Notes: a model not told the origin generated them from the letters alone. A stretch of DNA of 52,157 nt from Pseudobacteriovorax sp. (GCA_050293845.1 JBNKNM010000012.1:12566-64722); one strand, 5' to 3'; shown: positions 41,701 through 51,734, numbered from the stretch's first letter. A program made the numbers and translations.

Positions 41701-41878
41701 CATCCTCTGGACCAGCTCCGGGATAAGGAGTCACAATGATAGCCACACCAAGGTCGACGGTTGGGTAGGATTCACTATTAAGGGTAAAAACGCCTTTCAT
41801 CCCTATAAGAGAAATAAGAACCAATAAAATAATAGTAAATTTCTGATTGTTAAGAAAAAATTTAATGAGATTTTCCAC
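38738..41878 (-). CDS. RND efflux permease (AcrB/AcrD/AcrF family)
   Basis: YPGAGPEDVE, LGMLVDNAVVISEN, GIIVNSGIVL; probable GTG start at 41878. Confidence 0.93.
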   Translation of the reverse strand: MENLIKFFLNNQKFTIILLVLISLIGMKGVFTLNSESYPTVDLGVAIIVTPYPGAGPEDVEADVTKPIEEKIRTVRGLKDVKSVSQIGLSRIVVRADIDNYDVAEVMDDLEKAISGVSDLPAGIPRPNYQEINSEEFPALEIGLIGSNKNRQRDRYADYLQEVIEDIKGVLKVELQGYRNREISVFLDQKKLNQYHVGADEVINTLRSRNFSIPAGIIKNKHNQFLVRLDGKTSKTDELLATPIRTNYSGKQVLLKNVAKVIDYQEEPKLLTLVNGEEATLLVVTKRGGADTINLVKEIGQTLDNIKNPKGLKTVIYNNEAKKVKNRTEVLINNAYMGLALVIVFMLVFLPFKIGLVASLSLPVALIATFGLMPPLDMNLNVVTICALVIALGMLVDNAVVISENYVRLREEGVPVYDAALNAAHQFWLPITCTALTTIAGFLPMLVTRGVLGQFIRYIPLIVTISLLASLFESFFLLPMRLRMVSESKPHEKMKTDWFKKVSRRFEKFMDLLIYHRYLVSLGFMIILAVSMYLLIVVNKFILFPSEQTEIYLARYELRKGNTIEENQRLAERFTGEIKAALGDHVEYLVAISGKSEQDISDPKAKEGDNVGIIKIFVTKEASFSLYYTDALDKLRSIDTSYFAHVTYSTVINGPPVGAPVNLTLRSNNAEQLQRASYSILDEVKKIPGIINPEINDVYGDDEIEVALNHTKIQRLGLSVAQVGYTIKNLLDGQTITTLNLERKKVGIRVRLQDKDKYSQHNLKNIKIMDKRGNLVPLSQLASLKKKSGSLVIKRYDYQRAKTLTADIDENIITSSLANKKTLDLFKKIKKENNEVTIAIGGEEESTRESMVSLSQALGLALIGIFAILVFLFKSYLRPLIIMSTIPLGITGVSIAFLLHNKPVSFLAVIGIIGLAGIIVNSGIVLISFIDGMRLESKKSLHQILVQASGLRLKAVMVTSLTTISGLLPTAYGWGGADLILMPMTLAMAWGLMTGTLLTLIWVPVAYAVLEDFISVSHKFIKPNIKNAQLDRQDLKIKHLENKDAS

Positions 41879-41879
41879 T

Positions 41880-43352
41880 TTATATCCTATTAAATTCACA
41901 AGGAACAAGATTGAAAGTTATATAATATTTCAACATTTCCGTGATGATCTGCTCTTCGATCTGTAAAACTTGAAGCTTGCTAGCCAACAAAGAGTTTTGA
42001 TCTGTGATGTAGTCGATGACTGAAATGCGACCTTGCTGCAACTTCTTATTAGTATCGTCAAAAGCTTTTGTCTGCTCTCTGATACTCTTATGATACAATG
42101 ATACGACTTGCTCTAGAGGACCGAAGTTTCTTTGAACATTCTGGTGAGCAGCATGAAAATCAGCTGATATTCTTGCTGTATTGATACGAGTTGACCGAGC
42201 TTCGTTATTCAGTATAAGTCTTTTGGTTTTATGCATATTTCCCAGAGGCATAGTAAAAGAGAGCAATGCTGAATATGCAGAATTTTCTGCAGATAATGAC
42301 TGATTAATGGCCTCACCAGATTTCTGATCTAGCCCTAAAAAATCACCATTTATTTGAAGCTTAATATCGATATCATCATAAGTTTCTAAGTCTTTGGATT
42401 TTATACTTAACGATTCATTAAGTGCCGTTATAAGTTCATCATACTCCGTATACTCATAAGGTATATTTTTCATACGACCCATTTTCTTAGCACACGTCAC
42501 ACATTTCAAGACACGACTACGAATTGTTGAGTAATCAGCTGCTATGGCTATATCATATTTTTGCAATACCGGTATTGCTGTTTTTAATTCCCTCTCAATA
42601 AAGTTTCTTTGAATAATGGCTGCTCTATGATCTGCTTCAGCAGAGGATAAGTTTGCCGCCATGTTAGCCACATCACCAGGATCTGCTACATTATCTCTTA
42701 ATCTAGCCTTCATCTGTTGATATGCCCTCCTGGTTGTTTTGACCAGCTCCCCAAAAATTTCTACACGTCTTTTTTGAAATGCCAAATGCCAGTATATGAT
42801 TCTTAATTTCATATGGAATTTTTTTGTATCCAAGCGTTTTTTTATTTCAGACTGTCTTACCAGTTGGTTAATATACTCTGCTTGAGAATATTCCAAGGAG
42901 CCCAAAAAATTCTTCCATAAGTCAATACTGACCTCAGAATGTATCAAAGGTGTATAAACACTCATATTTCCAAATCCACCAGGGGTATAAGGGGAGAGCT
43001 TCTCACGACGAAAAATATAAGCTAAACTTCCATCGATGCCGTAGCCGAAATTCTTCTTAAAGCCAATGGCTCCCTGCTTCGTCCATGAGGATACGGTAGG
43101 ATCATCGCTTTCCGTAAACTCAGCCTCACTAAATAGAAAGGTTGTATACTGATCTTGAAAACGGCGGAGGTTCTCATCAACCAACTTAGTTTCTAACTCC
43201 ACACGATCCATTTCAGGAGCTTGATCGGTTAAATATGTTTTTAAATTGTGATCAGCCAATCTGATTTGTGTTATAGCAAACAGTGGAGCTGAAAGGGAAA
43301 TAGCAATAATGAAAGAGAAATACTGTCTGAAGTCCATGAAATGATCCGTCAC
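41880..43352 (-). CDS. TolC-family outer-membrane channel
   Basis: Signal peptide, alternating beta/long-helix pattern (SIDLWKN, YWHL, QQGRISVIDY), immediately upstream of the RND gene. Confidence 0.78.
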   Translation of the reverse strand: MTDHFMDFRQYFSFIIAISLSAPLFAITQIRLADHNLKTYLTDQAPEMDRVELETKLVDENLRRFQDQYTTFLFSEAEFTESDDPTVSSWTKQGAIGFKKNFGYGIDGSLAYIFRREKLSPYTPGGFGNMSVYTPLIHSEVSIDLWKNFLGSLEYSQAEYINQLVRQSEIKKRLDTKKFHMKLRIIYWHLAFQKRRVEIFGELVKTTRRAYQQMKARLRDNVADPGDVANMAANLSSAEADHRAAIIQRNFIERELKTAIPVLQKYDIAIAADYSTIRSRVLKCVTCAKKMGRMKNIPYEYTEYDELITALNESLSIKSKDLETYDDIDIKLQINGDFLGLDQKSGEAINQSLSAENSAYSALLSFTMPLGNMHKTKRLILNNEARSTRINTARISADFHAAHQNVQRNFGPLEQVVSLYHKSIREQTKAFDDTNKKLQQGRISVIDYITDQNSLLASKLQVLQIEEQIITEMLKYYITFNLVPCEFNRI

Positions 43353-43493
43353 TCTAGATAAACCATTATGGACTATTGTAGCATCGACTTTTTAAAGGCT
43401 AATGGGCAATTAATGTGATCCGTAAATATGATCACAATCTCTCTTTTTCTACTTACTGAGTCAGTACCAAAATACTATTATCTACAAGTAAAA

Positions 43494-45104
43494 CTAGTGT
43501 GATACATGATACCGTTTATGAATAAGAGCATCTTTTATTACAGCCTGCCCCACTCTAACTCCATCCAAAGCTGCACTGACAATTCCACCGGCAAAGCCAG
43601 CCCCCTCTCCAGCAGGAAAGATACCAGGATGACTTTCTGATTGCAGACTCTTATTGCGATGCATCACTATAGGTGAGGAAGTTTTCGTTTCTACACCAGC
43701 AACAATCGCATCTTTAGATATGTAACCCCGCATTTTTTTATTGTATTCCCAAAGGGCACTCTGGAGAGCATCGACAACAAAGGGTGGGAGGATTTTATCG
43801 AGTCTTGCAGAGTGGACTCCAGGTTTATAACTCGAGCGCAGTTCACCTTGGCTTTGCCGGCCTTTTAAAAAATCTTCCAAACGCTGCGCTGGTGTGAAGT
43901 AGTTTCCGCCACCTGATTTATATGCCATTTTTTCAATATTTTCTTGAAATTTGACTCCATCTAAAACATGATCTTTGAAAAAGTCTTCTCGATTAATATT
44001 AACCACAACCGCAGCATTAGCGAATTTACTAGATCGGGCGTGATAGCTCATACCATTGATGGCCAGATGCTCAGCTTGTGCGTTGGTAGGCAACAGATAG
44101 CCCCCAGGGCACATACAAAATGTCCAAATCCCCCGATTACCAGTACGAGCAGCCAGCTTATACTCGGCAGCAGGAAGAAGCTCGCAAGATCCATATTGAA
44201 TCTGATTGATGATATCCTGAGGATGCTCAAAGCGTGCACCAATGGCGAATGGTTTGGGGCTCATAGCTAAACCATGGGATAGTAGCATCTGATACGAGTC
44301 CCGGGCGGAATGTCCAATAGCAATAACAAGATAATCACTTTCTAGATTTGATCCATCGCTCAAATGTATTTTATACCGCGTGCTATGGTTCTTCTCAAAT
44401 CCAGTAAATCTAGTATTAAATATAAACTCCGTACCCTTGCTTTCTAGGTAAGTGCGCATCTTTTTAGCAATAATTAATAGATTATCAGTTCCAATATGAG
44501 GGTGAGCATCATAGAGAATGTCTTCCGGTGCACCAAATCTAACCCATTGCTCAAATAAAAATTTAATAAGAACATGATTTTTTCCGCACGTGAGCTTCCC
44601 ATCAGAAAATGTTCCCGCACCACCTTCACCGAAACAGTAATTACTTTTCTCAGAAAATTCACCGAGGCGGCGTAATTTATTTACGGTGCGCAAACGGTTT
44701 TCAACTTCTTCCCCTCGTTCAATAACGATTGCCGGCTGCCCCACTTCAGCTAGGACTAGTGCTGTAAAAATACCCGCTGGACCTGAACCAATAATAATCG
44801 GTCTTGTCGACATCCGTTTATCGCTAAATCCAAGATCCGAGCTTGGCTTAAAAGAGGGTTTAGCCTCTACCTGTTCCACCTTGGAGCCCAGTTTTTGCAA
44901 CAAAATATTTTCATCGATGATATCTGCTTCAACCTGATAGTGAAATACAATCCTGCTCTTTTTTCGTGCATCCAGCGACTTTTTACTAATCTTAATAGAC
45001 CGAATATCAGCCTCGGCTATATTTAATTCTTTAGCTAGATAAGGCTTTAAGTCCGAAGTTTTGGATGTTACAGGAATCGTCAAATGCTTTATTCTTACGG
45101 TCAT
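43494..45104 (-). CDS. FAD-dependent oxidoreductase (COG2509-type)
   Basis: IIGSGPAG, FGEGGAGTFSDGKL, TFCMCPGG, GEGAGFAGGIVSAALDG. Confidence 0.9.
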   Translation of the reverse strand: MTVRIKHLTIPVTSKTSDLKPYLAKELNIAEADIRSIKISKKSLDARKKSRIVFHYQVEADIIDENILLQKLGSKVEQVEAKPSFKPSSDLGFSDKRMSTRPIIIGSGPAGIFTALVLAEVGQPAIVIERGEEVENRLRTVNKLRRLGEFSEKSNYCFGEGGAGTFSDGKLTCGKNHVLIKFLFEQWVRFGAPEDILYDAHPHIGTDNLLIIAKKMRTYLESKGTEFIFNTRFTGFEKNHSTRYKIHLSDGSNLESDYLVIAIGHSARDSYQMLLSHGLAMSPKPFAIGARFEHPQDIINQIQYGSCELLPAAEYKLAARTGNRGIWTFCMCPGGYLLPTNAQAEHLAINGMSYHARSSKFANAAVVVNINREDFFKDHVLDGVKFQENIEKMAYKSGGGNYFTPAQRLEDFLKGRQSQGELRSSYKPGVHSARLDKILPPFVVDALQSALWEYNKKMRGYISKDAIVAGVETKTSSPIVMHRNKSLQSESHPGIFPAGEGAGFAGGIVSAALDGVRVGQAVIKDALIHKRYHVSH

Positions 45105-45714
45105 AAATAAATCCTATTAAGGAGAGTAAAACCTATGAGACTGAGCTGCTTAAAAAATGGGGGGCTCTACACTCCAAGGTTTTTTTGCTGGGGTCGCACT
45201 ATATATGATTTATTGACGTATTTCTATTGTTTTTTGCAAACACAGCTCCATGTTTCCAAAAACTGGCTAGTCCAAGCCCGAATCTGCGTCGCCAAAACAA
45301 AAAATAACCATTATTAAAGGGAGTTAACTCTAGTCGTATATTTGATCGCCCCCCTTTGGATTACTGTGAGGAAGATTAATGCCTTAGGTAAAAAAGTGCT
45401 AATAATGACAGTGATTTAAATTTGCTTTTCGATCTTCAAGGATCGCATGATAAAACTGAACCCTGTCATTTGTACTAATATTACCCGCAAGCTGACAAAA
45501 CCCTGATGAGCCTAAACGTATGGGGAACTCAAGATTGTTGCTGATTTGCCGCTTTTTCAAGACTTTGCTAGTTAACGCCGTGCTAGGCTAGCGAACAAGT
45601 GGGAAACGAACTCTATTACTGCGTGTCTTGACCACGATCTTAGGTTTTGGTATGCCACCTGATCTAAACTATGCAAAGATTAGACAATCCCACTTTACAA
45701 TAGAGGACTTTGCA

Positions 45715-45909
45715 ATGAAACAAGAAGATTTTGAAGGAAGCTTGATTCTCGAAAAGTTGGCCTTGATCGATAAGGTCGATGAGTTCTTTGCAGCTGTGGA
45801 TGAGGATAACTTCGCTAGTGCCAAGAGTTTAATGAAAGCCGCTGGTGTGCCCCATGAGGTTATGGTTATCGCGATAAGAATGATGAAGGAGGGAGATCAG
45901 GATCATTGA
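45715..45909 (+). CDS. Small conserved-looking hypothetical protein (64 aa)
   Basis: RBS GAGGA before ATG 45715; protein-like helical sequence DFEGSLILEKLA..DEFFAAVDEDNF. Confidence 0.7.
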   Translation: MKQEDFEGSLILEKLALIDKVDEFFAAVDEDNFASAKSLMKAAGVPHEVMVIAIRMMKEGDQDH

Positions 45910-46126
45910 GTCAGCCCAAGATCTAAGGAAGGGATACACCGCTTGATGTGAGATACATATCTTTTCTCTCATGTTTATGTGCGTCATTTATTGAGCAAGG
46001 TTCTTGAATTTCAGCTCTCGGTTGAAATAAAGTATTTTCCTGGGCCATCGAACACTTGTATTTTGACTATCATCCTAATTTAGATTAGTAATTATCCACT
46101 TAGATTGGCGTTATTTAAAACGAAAG

Positions 46127-47374
46127 TTGGTATTTTTGGTAAAAAAAATTGGCGATTGGATTCTTCATCCTCCTGGAGATCTGAGTAATAAAAGTAATTA
46201 TTATAGAGATTTATCATACAATCTATGTTTAGGAGCTAGCCAACCTGCCCTGGGTGCTATAGCCATCATCATTATTAAACAGGTGTTGAGTGGTTCTAAC
46301 AACCTGATTGGGGTTGTCCAGTCAGCGTCCATGGCAGGCTTACTCCTATCTCTATTTTATCGCGGAACTTCCCTCCAACAGAGGCCCCAGAAGGCCTATG
46401 TTAAACCACATATGTTTGGCTGGCTAAGCATTATGTGCTGTGCTTTTACCGAAGATGTGTTTGTTTTTACATTCTTAGTTTTTCTAAGCCTGTTTCTTTT
46501 TCATATTAGCAGTCCGGCCCAAGGTGTTTTGTATCAGCTCATCTATAGCTCCAGAAATCGAGGACGCATCGTAAGTTATATAAAACTATTACAGCTCATC
46601 GTTGCTGCCCTTTTCTCTCTGATAATCGGTCAAGTCATTGAACACCATGGGTTTGCTTATCAAGGATTTTACTTAGGTCTGGGATTATGCGGAATCATTT
46701 GTTCTTATCTTTTTATGAAAATCGAAATTCCTGAGAAAAATCAAACAATTATAAAAAAACGTCCGTTTCCTAATATTGTTAAAATTTTTTACCATGATCG
46801 CCCATTTCTGCTATTTATGGCATTTCAATTTCTTCTGGGAACCGCAAATATTGCAGGGTTTTCTGCAATCCAGGTATATATCAATGACAAATCCTTTCTT
46901 GGACTTTCTCCCGAAAAAGCAGCGTTTATCGCAGGTGTTGTTGTACCAACAGCCATGTTTCTGAGTATGATCTTCTGGGGAAAGTCCTTCGATCGCCTGC
47001 CCATCGTCCGTTATCGTATTATAACTAGCTGTGTCTTAGGTATAGGTTTTATTCCATTTTTATCGGGTGAGTTCTGGGGCGCCCTACTGGGATCAGCCAT
47101 CTGGGGAATTGGCCGGGGTGGCGGTCAGTTGGCTTGGACACTAGGTGTGCTAGACTTTGCCCCCAAAAACTCAGAATCAGAGTACCTTGGAATCCATACT
47201 TTCCTAACAGGATTAAGGGGAACTATAGCTCCCTTTGTCGGTGTTTACCTTATTGAGAGTCTAGGTGGATCTAGGACTTTACTCTTTTCGTCTATCAGTA
47301 TTCTTATTTTTATCAGCGCCTTATGTACTTTCCTTTTTGTGACTGACCCTGGCCGCCGGCACCACGAAGTGTAG
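46127..47374 (+). CDS. MFS transporter
   Basis: About 12 TM segments; RGR and WGKSFDRLP loop motifs. Confidence 0.82.
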   Translation: MVFLVKKIGDWILHPPGDLSNKSNYYRDLSYNLCLGASQPALGAIAIIIIKQVLSGSNNLIGVVQSASMAGLLLSLFYRGTSLQQRPQKAYVKPHMFGWLSIMCCAFTEDVFVFTFLVFLSLFLFHISSPAQGVLYQLIYSSRNRGRIVSYIKLLQLIVAALFSLIIGQVIEHHGFAYQGFYLGLGLCGIICSYLFMKIEIPEKNQTIIKKRPFPNIVKIFYHDRPFLLFMAFQFLLGTANIAGFSAIQVYINDKSFLGLSPEKAAFIAGVVVPTAMFLSMIFWGKSFDRLPIVRYRIITSCVLGIGFIPFLSGEFWGALLGSAIWGIGRGGGQLAWTLGVLDFAPKNSESEYLGIHTFLTGLRGTIAPFVGVYLIESLGGSRTLLFSSISILIFISALCTFLFVTDPGRRHHEV

Positions 47375-47460
47375 ACATCTAAAATTCCCTTCTCCGATGA
47401 TCGGCCTTAATTCTAGTAAGGTATTTGTTCGTCGGCAATATATCCGATACCGCTAATATT

Positions 47461-48123
47461 ATGAATGGAAAGTTGCTTAAAATATCAAAAAACGACCAGC
47501 CCGATGACCATCTGTCTCGACAAGCATTTCTACGTGAGATCATGGACGAAGATGCTACCAGTTTGTGGCAGCAAGCAGAAAATCAAGGTGAAACTTGGGC
47601 GCTAGCTAGACGTATAAGGCTTCAGGAGCAGAAGCAGCCGGCATCAGCTCAGCAAAAGACTAAAGACGTCATAAGTGACAAGGTTTCGGGTGGGTTTATT
47701 AGCCGACGCCAAAAATTGATTGATCTCAAAAAAGCCAAAAAAATTCATCACTACACGGCATTATATATTGGCAATGATCCACAAACCATCGAGGGACTCA
47801 CATCTCTTCTCGATGATTTTGAGTGTGAGCACACAGGTAATCCTAAGCAAGCCCTAGAAATTTTAAGCCATAAGACTTTTACCTCCATCATTATAGAATA
47901 TGACTTACCAATGGCCAACGCCATTCAATTTCTAAATACATTTGGAACCTTTTGCTCCCTGAATGAGCAAATTGTTGCCATTCTAGTTCCTAAAACCGTA
48001 GATCCTTCAAATAAAAAAATAGCAGCAAGATTAGGAGTCAAACTTTGGTTAGAAAAACCTTTTGCAAGCCATGTACTTACCAGTTGTATCAAAAGGTTGG
48101 TAGAGAAAAGTCATGAGCCCTGA
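47461..48123 (+). CDS. Protein with a C-terminal degenerate receiver domain
   Basis: LYIGND, IIEYDLPMANA, WLEKPF. Confidence 0.7.
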   Translation: MNGKLLKISKNDQPDDHLSRQAFLREIMDEDATSLWQQAENQGETWALARRIRLQEQKQPASAQQKTKDVISDKVSGGFISRRQKLIDLKKAKKIHHYTALYIGNDPQTIEGLTSLLDDFECEHTGNPKQALEILSHKTFTSIIIEYDLPMANAIQFLNTFGTFCSLNEQIVAILVPKTVDPSNKKIAARLGVKLWLEKPFASHVLTSCIKRLVEKSHEP

Positions 48124-50254
48124 AAACCCATCAAGAGTTTTTAACATTGTCGATCGCACAGCTACAGTACTGGTGATAGAAAACAATATTTCTCTGCGTA
48201 GTCTATATAACAATGTCCTTAAGTCCTTGGGTTATACCCATATTTATACTACCAATGAGATCAGTATCGCTCTGGGAGTCCTAGAATCTGAAGTTGTCGA
48301 CTGGGTTCTCTGTAGTCCTCAGACTGAGAACAAACTGAATATCTACCACCTTCTCAACATGTGTATCAAATATGATGGATTAAAGGAAACCCTTATTACT
48401 ACGACCCTTTCTGATTCTGAAAAGAAGCATATCCCCCATATCACGGCTCTAGGATGTTTTTCGTGGTTCCTATCAAAATCAACAGAAGACCACATCCGAT
48501 CGTCTCTTGAAGAGATCATCAGACGAATAAAAATTTATAAATGTGATCCTACACTCATAACCTTGAGTTTCTTAGAAGACTTTCTACGAGATAGTCAAAA
48601 ACACTCAGAACTTATCAATACTTACCGAAACTTGATGAGTCTATATCCTGGTAATACCGCTCTTCTATTAAAGATGGCCGAATCACAGTTGTTAGCAGGA
48701 AAAAAGAAGGAGGGTTCTCTTACCCTTCAGCAAGCCTGCACCATGAACATAGCAGCTAAGCCTGAAGCGCAGAGTATTGCCGACAAATACCTCTCTGGTG
48801 TGTTACCATCCATAAGTTCAGGCTCGACGGATCAAAATCCTTTTGGATTAAAAGAGTGTTTCATTTGTAAGATTGATGACAGCTCAAAAGAAGTCATTGA
48901 GAATTTATTTACTGAAACCTTTGCTCCCTTTAAATACTTCTCCAGTTCAGAAAATTGCCTTGATGATTGCGAAAAGACGGTAGGTCCAGATCTCCTGATC
49001 TCAGGTTGGTGGAATGATGGCCTAAATACAGCAGCATTTTTGCAACGTTTCCGCATCATGAAACCTCATTCCGTTATTGTAATAATAGCCCATAAGCTTG
49101 ATTCCGCAGAAATTGCACTACTCAATGAAATGAATTGTGCCGTTGTTCTGAAGCCGCCTTTGTTACGAGATAAATTTCTAGAAACGTTAGTTTGGTTGAT
49201 TCAACAGGACAACCGCCCTCTAGAAAAATCTTTTCTTATCATAAAGATACGACAGAGTTTGGAAAGTGGAAAAATTGACCGGGCCATTAAATTTAAGGAA
49301 AGCTTGCAAAGTAACCCCCTAGCATCCCAGGGAGATATCCTGTTGAGTACATCTGAAATTCTACTAAAGCAGGGAAATTACGAAGCCAGCCTAGCCATTG
49401 CTATTGATGCTTTAAAGTATGGGGGAGATTCAGTTGCTTGTCTCAACACCATGGGGCGATCTTTCCTGAAGTTAGGGAAGTTTGATAAAGCTTTCCAAGC
49501 GTTTGATCAAGCTCAAGAGTTATCACCCTTAAATGTAAAAAGACTATGCAGTATGGCAGAAGCATCGTTTGAACTGGGAGGAGATGTCTCAGATTTATTA
49601 ATTGAAGCCAGCATAATCGATGAGAATAGTCGAGCCGTAAAATCTACAGAAGCAAAAACGAAAATTGCTAGTGGAAATACCAATGCAGGGAGAAATATAC
49701 TGGCTCAATTAAGCAGTATAAAAGATATTATTGCTTATCTTAATAATAAAGCTGTAACTGCTGCACTTGACAGAAAGTATGATGAAGCTGTTGCCCTATA
49801 TGAGCAGGCATTAGAGTCTGTACCAGACCTACACGCCAAGTATCGAACTGTAGTGAATTATAATTTAGGTATTCTCCATCTTCGTATGGGACAAATGGAT
49901 CAAGCAGAAAAGGTACTGCAACGATGTGTTCCCAAAGAGGATGCTTCTATTTCGGAAAAGGCCTCACAACTCTTGGAAAATATCAAGCAGGCTCGCGCCG
50001 CGAACAAACAACTGAAGATGATGGAAAAGGAAGCCCCTCCTCCATTTCAATTAAATGAAGAACATCTAAAGAAGATTAAACGTGGCATTCGACTTGCAAA
50101 AGTTGAAACCATTATTAACAAAGGAGAACGATGTCTTTATCACATTTTTTACTCTCCTGAAAAACTAAAAATAGTTCTAGAGTCCCTTAGCTATCTTCCA
50201 TCTTTTAAAGTTAAAGAGAGTATCGAGCTAGATAATAAGAAAGTCTTCCTATAA
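48113..50254 (+). CDS. Dual pseudo-receiver plus TPR-repeat protein
   Basis: VLVIEN..DWVLCS and PDLLISGW..LKPP receiver-like folds; TPRs such as LNTMGRSFLKLGKFDKAFQAF and YNLGILHLRMG. Confidence 0.8.
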   Translation: MSPENPSRVFNIVDRTATVLVIENNISLRSLYNNVLKSLGYTHIYTTNEISIALGVLESEVVDWVLCSPQTENKLNIYHLLNMCIKYDGLKETLITTTLSDSEKKHIPHITALGCFSWFLSKSTEDHIRSSLEEIIRRIKIYKCDPTLITLSFLEDFLRDSQKHSELINTYRNLMSLYPGNTALLLKMAESQLLAGKKKEGSLTLQQACTMNIAAKPEAQSIADKYLSGVLPSISSGSTDQNPFGLKECFICKIDDSSKEVIENLFTETFAPFKYFSSSENCLDDCEKTVGPDLLISGWWNDGLNTAAFLQRFRIMKPHSVIVIIAHKLDSAEIALLNEMNCAVVLKPPLLRDKFLETLVWLIQQDNRPLEKSFLIIKIRQSLESGKIDRAIKFKESLQSNPLASQGDILLSTSEILLKQGNYEASLAIAIDALKYGGDSVACLNTMGRSFLKLGKFDKAFQAFDQAQELSPLNVKRLCSMAEASFELGGDVSDLLIEASIIDENSRAVKSTEAKTKIASGNTNAGRNILAQLSSIKDIIAYLNNKAVTAALDRKYDEAVALYEQALESVPDLHAKYRTVVNYNLGILHLRMGQMDQAEKVLQRCVPKEDASISEKASQLLENIKQARAANKQLKMMEKEAPPPFQLNEEHLKKIKRGIRLAKVETIINKGERCLYHIFYSPEKLKIVLESLSYLPSFKVKESIELDNKKVFL

Positions 50255-50678
50255 GAGGTATTTTGAGCTAGCAAGGGTGTTGCAAAATAGGTGATACCTA
50301 TCAAAATTCTCTATCTACTTTAAATAATAGATTAACCCCCAAACGGGGCCCAGACTATCAGGCATCGCATCCAGCCCCGCTTGCTCTCTTTCTCCTTCTC
50401 TCGCTCCACTTCAGCGGATTCAACTTTTTCCAATCGATTAGATAATAAATCACCTTTGAAAGCTGTAAAGCAGTGCATCAGGCGCTGACTCCAGGGACCT
50501 CTTGTGACTCTCGCACCGCTTAATTTATAATCCATTACAAAGTTATAAGGTGCCATGGTTGAACGAACTAAAGGATACTCATGTATAATATGTAGAACCA
50601 TCAAAGAGAAAAGTCGTGCCCTATGGGATGCCTATTCCTTGGTACAAGCTTATGGGGACACGGATCTATCAAATTCCA

Positions 50679-51125
50679 TTAGCTGGCTTTTTTCGATTTT
50701 TTTTGGAGCGACTTAAAACAGCGGTACCATCGTTCAAAATCTCGTTGAATTTCGCTAGCAGTTTGCTTTATATCGCTCATTTTAACTGGCTTTAAGAAAA
50801 TGCGGCGACAACCCAGACCAAAACAGTTTATAGCTAAGATGAAGCCATCGTCGCTCGTTAGCACGTAATTTTGAACTCCCAGATGATAACTGTTTATCCT
50901 GCGAATGAGATCATCCCCTTTAATCTTATCCATATGGATATCCGTAAAAACAGCAAAAAATTTCCCTGTTGCAATTTCTTGTAAAGCCACTTCGGGCTCG
51001 GTAAAGGTGAGTACCTCAGAACCTGAGGGTAGATTTTTAAGCAAACTGGTCGCAATGAATTCAGCCTGAACTCTGACATCGTCGATAACAGCCACTCTAA
51101 TTATTCCTTTAAAAATCTCTAGCAT
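50679..51125 (-). CDS. Single-domain response regulator
   Basis: VAVIDD, FTDIHM, LTS, FLKP. Confidence 0.85.
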   Translation of the reverse strand: MLEIFKGIIRVAVIDDVRVQAEFIATSLLKNLPSGSEVLTFTEPEVALQEIATGKFFAVFTDIHMDKIKGDDLIRRINSYHLGVQNYVLTSDDGFILAINCFGLGCRRIFLKPVKMSDIKQTASEIQRDFERWYRCFKSLQKKSKKAS

Positions 51126-51191
51126 AACGTTTCCCTGCATTTTAATTATCTGATCGGCGTTAATTGAAACTTCTTTTTTACTTTTACAAAA

Positions 51192-51608
51192 AAATTAGGG
51201 CGACTAGAACGAGGTTTTTGGTTAAAAGCTTCGGAAAGCGCAATCCGTAAATGGGTCACAAAAGCGGCACAGGTTATCAACGATCAAAAAGAAAAACTAG
51301 AACCTATAGTGATCAGTGAAACTTCCCTGAGTCTTGTGTATTGATGAAGACTATAGTGGGGATTTAGGAATACTGCTGACAACCAACCCTAACAAAAAAG
51401 ATGAATTAGTAGATTATTTGGTGAGCGACAGCTCATTTGATTCTGAGGATGTCAAAAATTTCTTTTGAAATTTAAAAAGTATGGAATCGAACCTGATCAA
51501 ATGGTAACAAATGAGTCTGCACTTCATCCTGAAGCTATAAAAACGGCATAGCCAACAACAAGGCATCTCAGATACCAGATCTAGGTTATGGTATGTTGCA
51601 ACGTCAAG
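51192..51608 (+). mobile_element. Decayed DDE transposase remnant
   Basis: Three stitched frames: LERGFWLKASESAIRKWV / LCIDEDYSGDLGILLTTNP..VKNFF* / KYGIEPDQMVTNESALHPEAIKTA*PTTRH, resembling LCxDE..VTDGSxLYP..WP..HQ. Confidence 0.7.
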
Positions 51609-51734
51609 TACGGAGTGTCTTATCACTGGGTTAGTTCTACAAGTATCGGGCAGCAGGTATACGGAATAATAATTTAGATACTTGTGCTACCTTTGCATTC
51701 TATAAAACACAAAATCATTATCATAAGAACATTA

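Noticed and set aside
45135..45317. 60-aa + ORF, and the many short ORFs nested in larger genes
   Set aside because: No recognisable motifs; the nested ones are alternate-frame or antisense shadows of well-supported CDSs
45501..45530. CTGATGAGCC..GGGGAAC, hammerhead-like
   Set aside because: Lacks the CGAAAC core, and no stems I/III could be built
50332..50604. 90-aa minus ORF ending in PFGG; its GGGGCTG resembles a tmRNA 5' end
   Set aside because: No family motifs or clear RBS; no tRNA-like T-arm/CCA or tag frame found
51414..51626. 70-aa minus ORF
   Set aside because: Antisense to the transposase remnant; not protein-like
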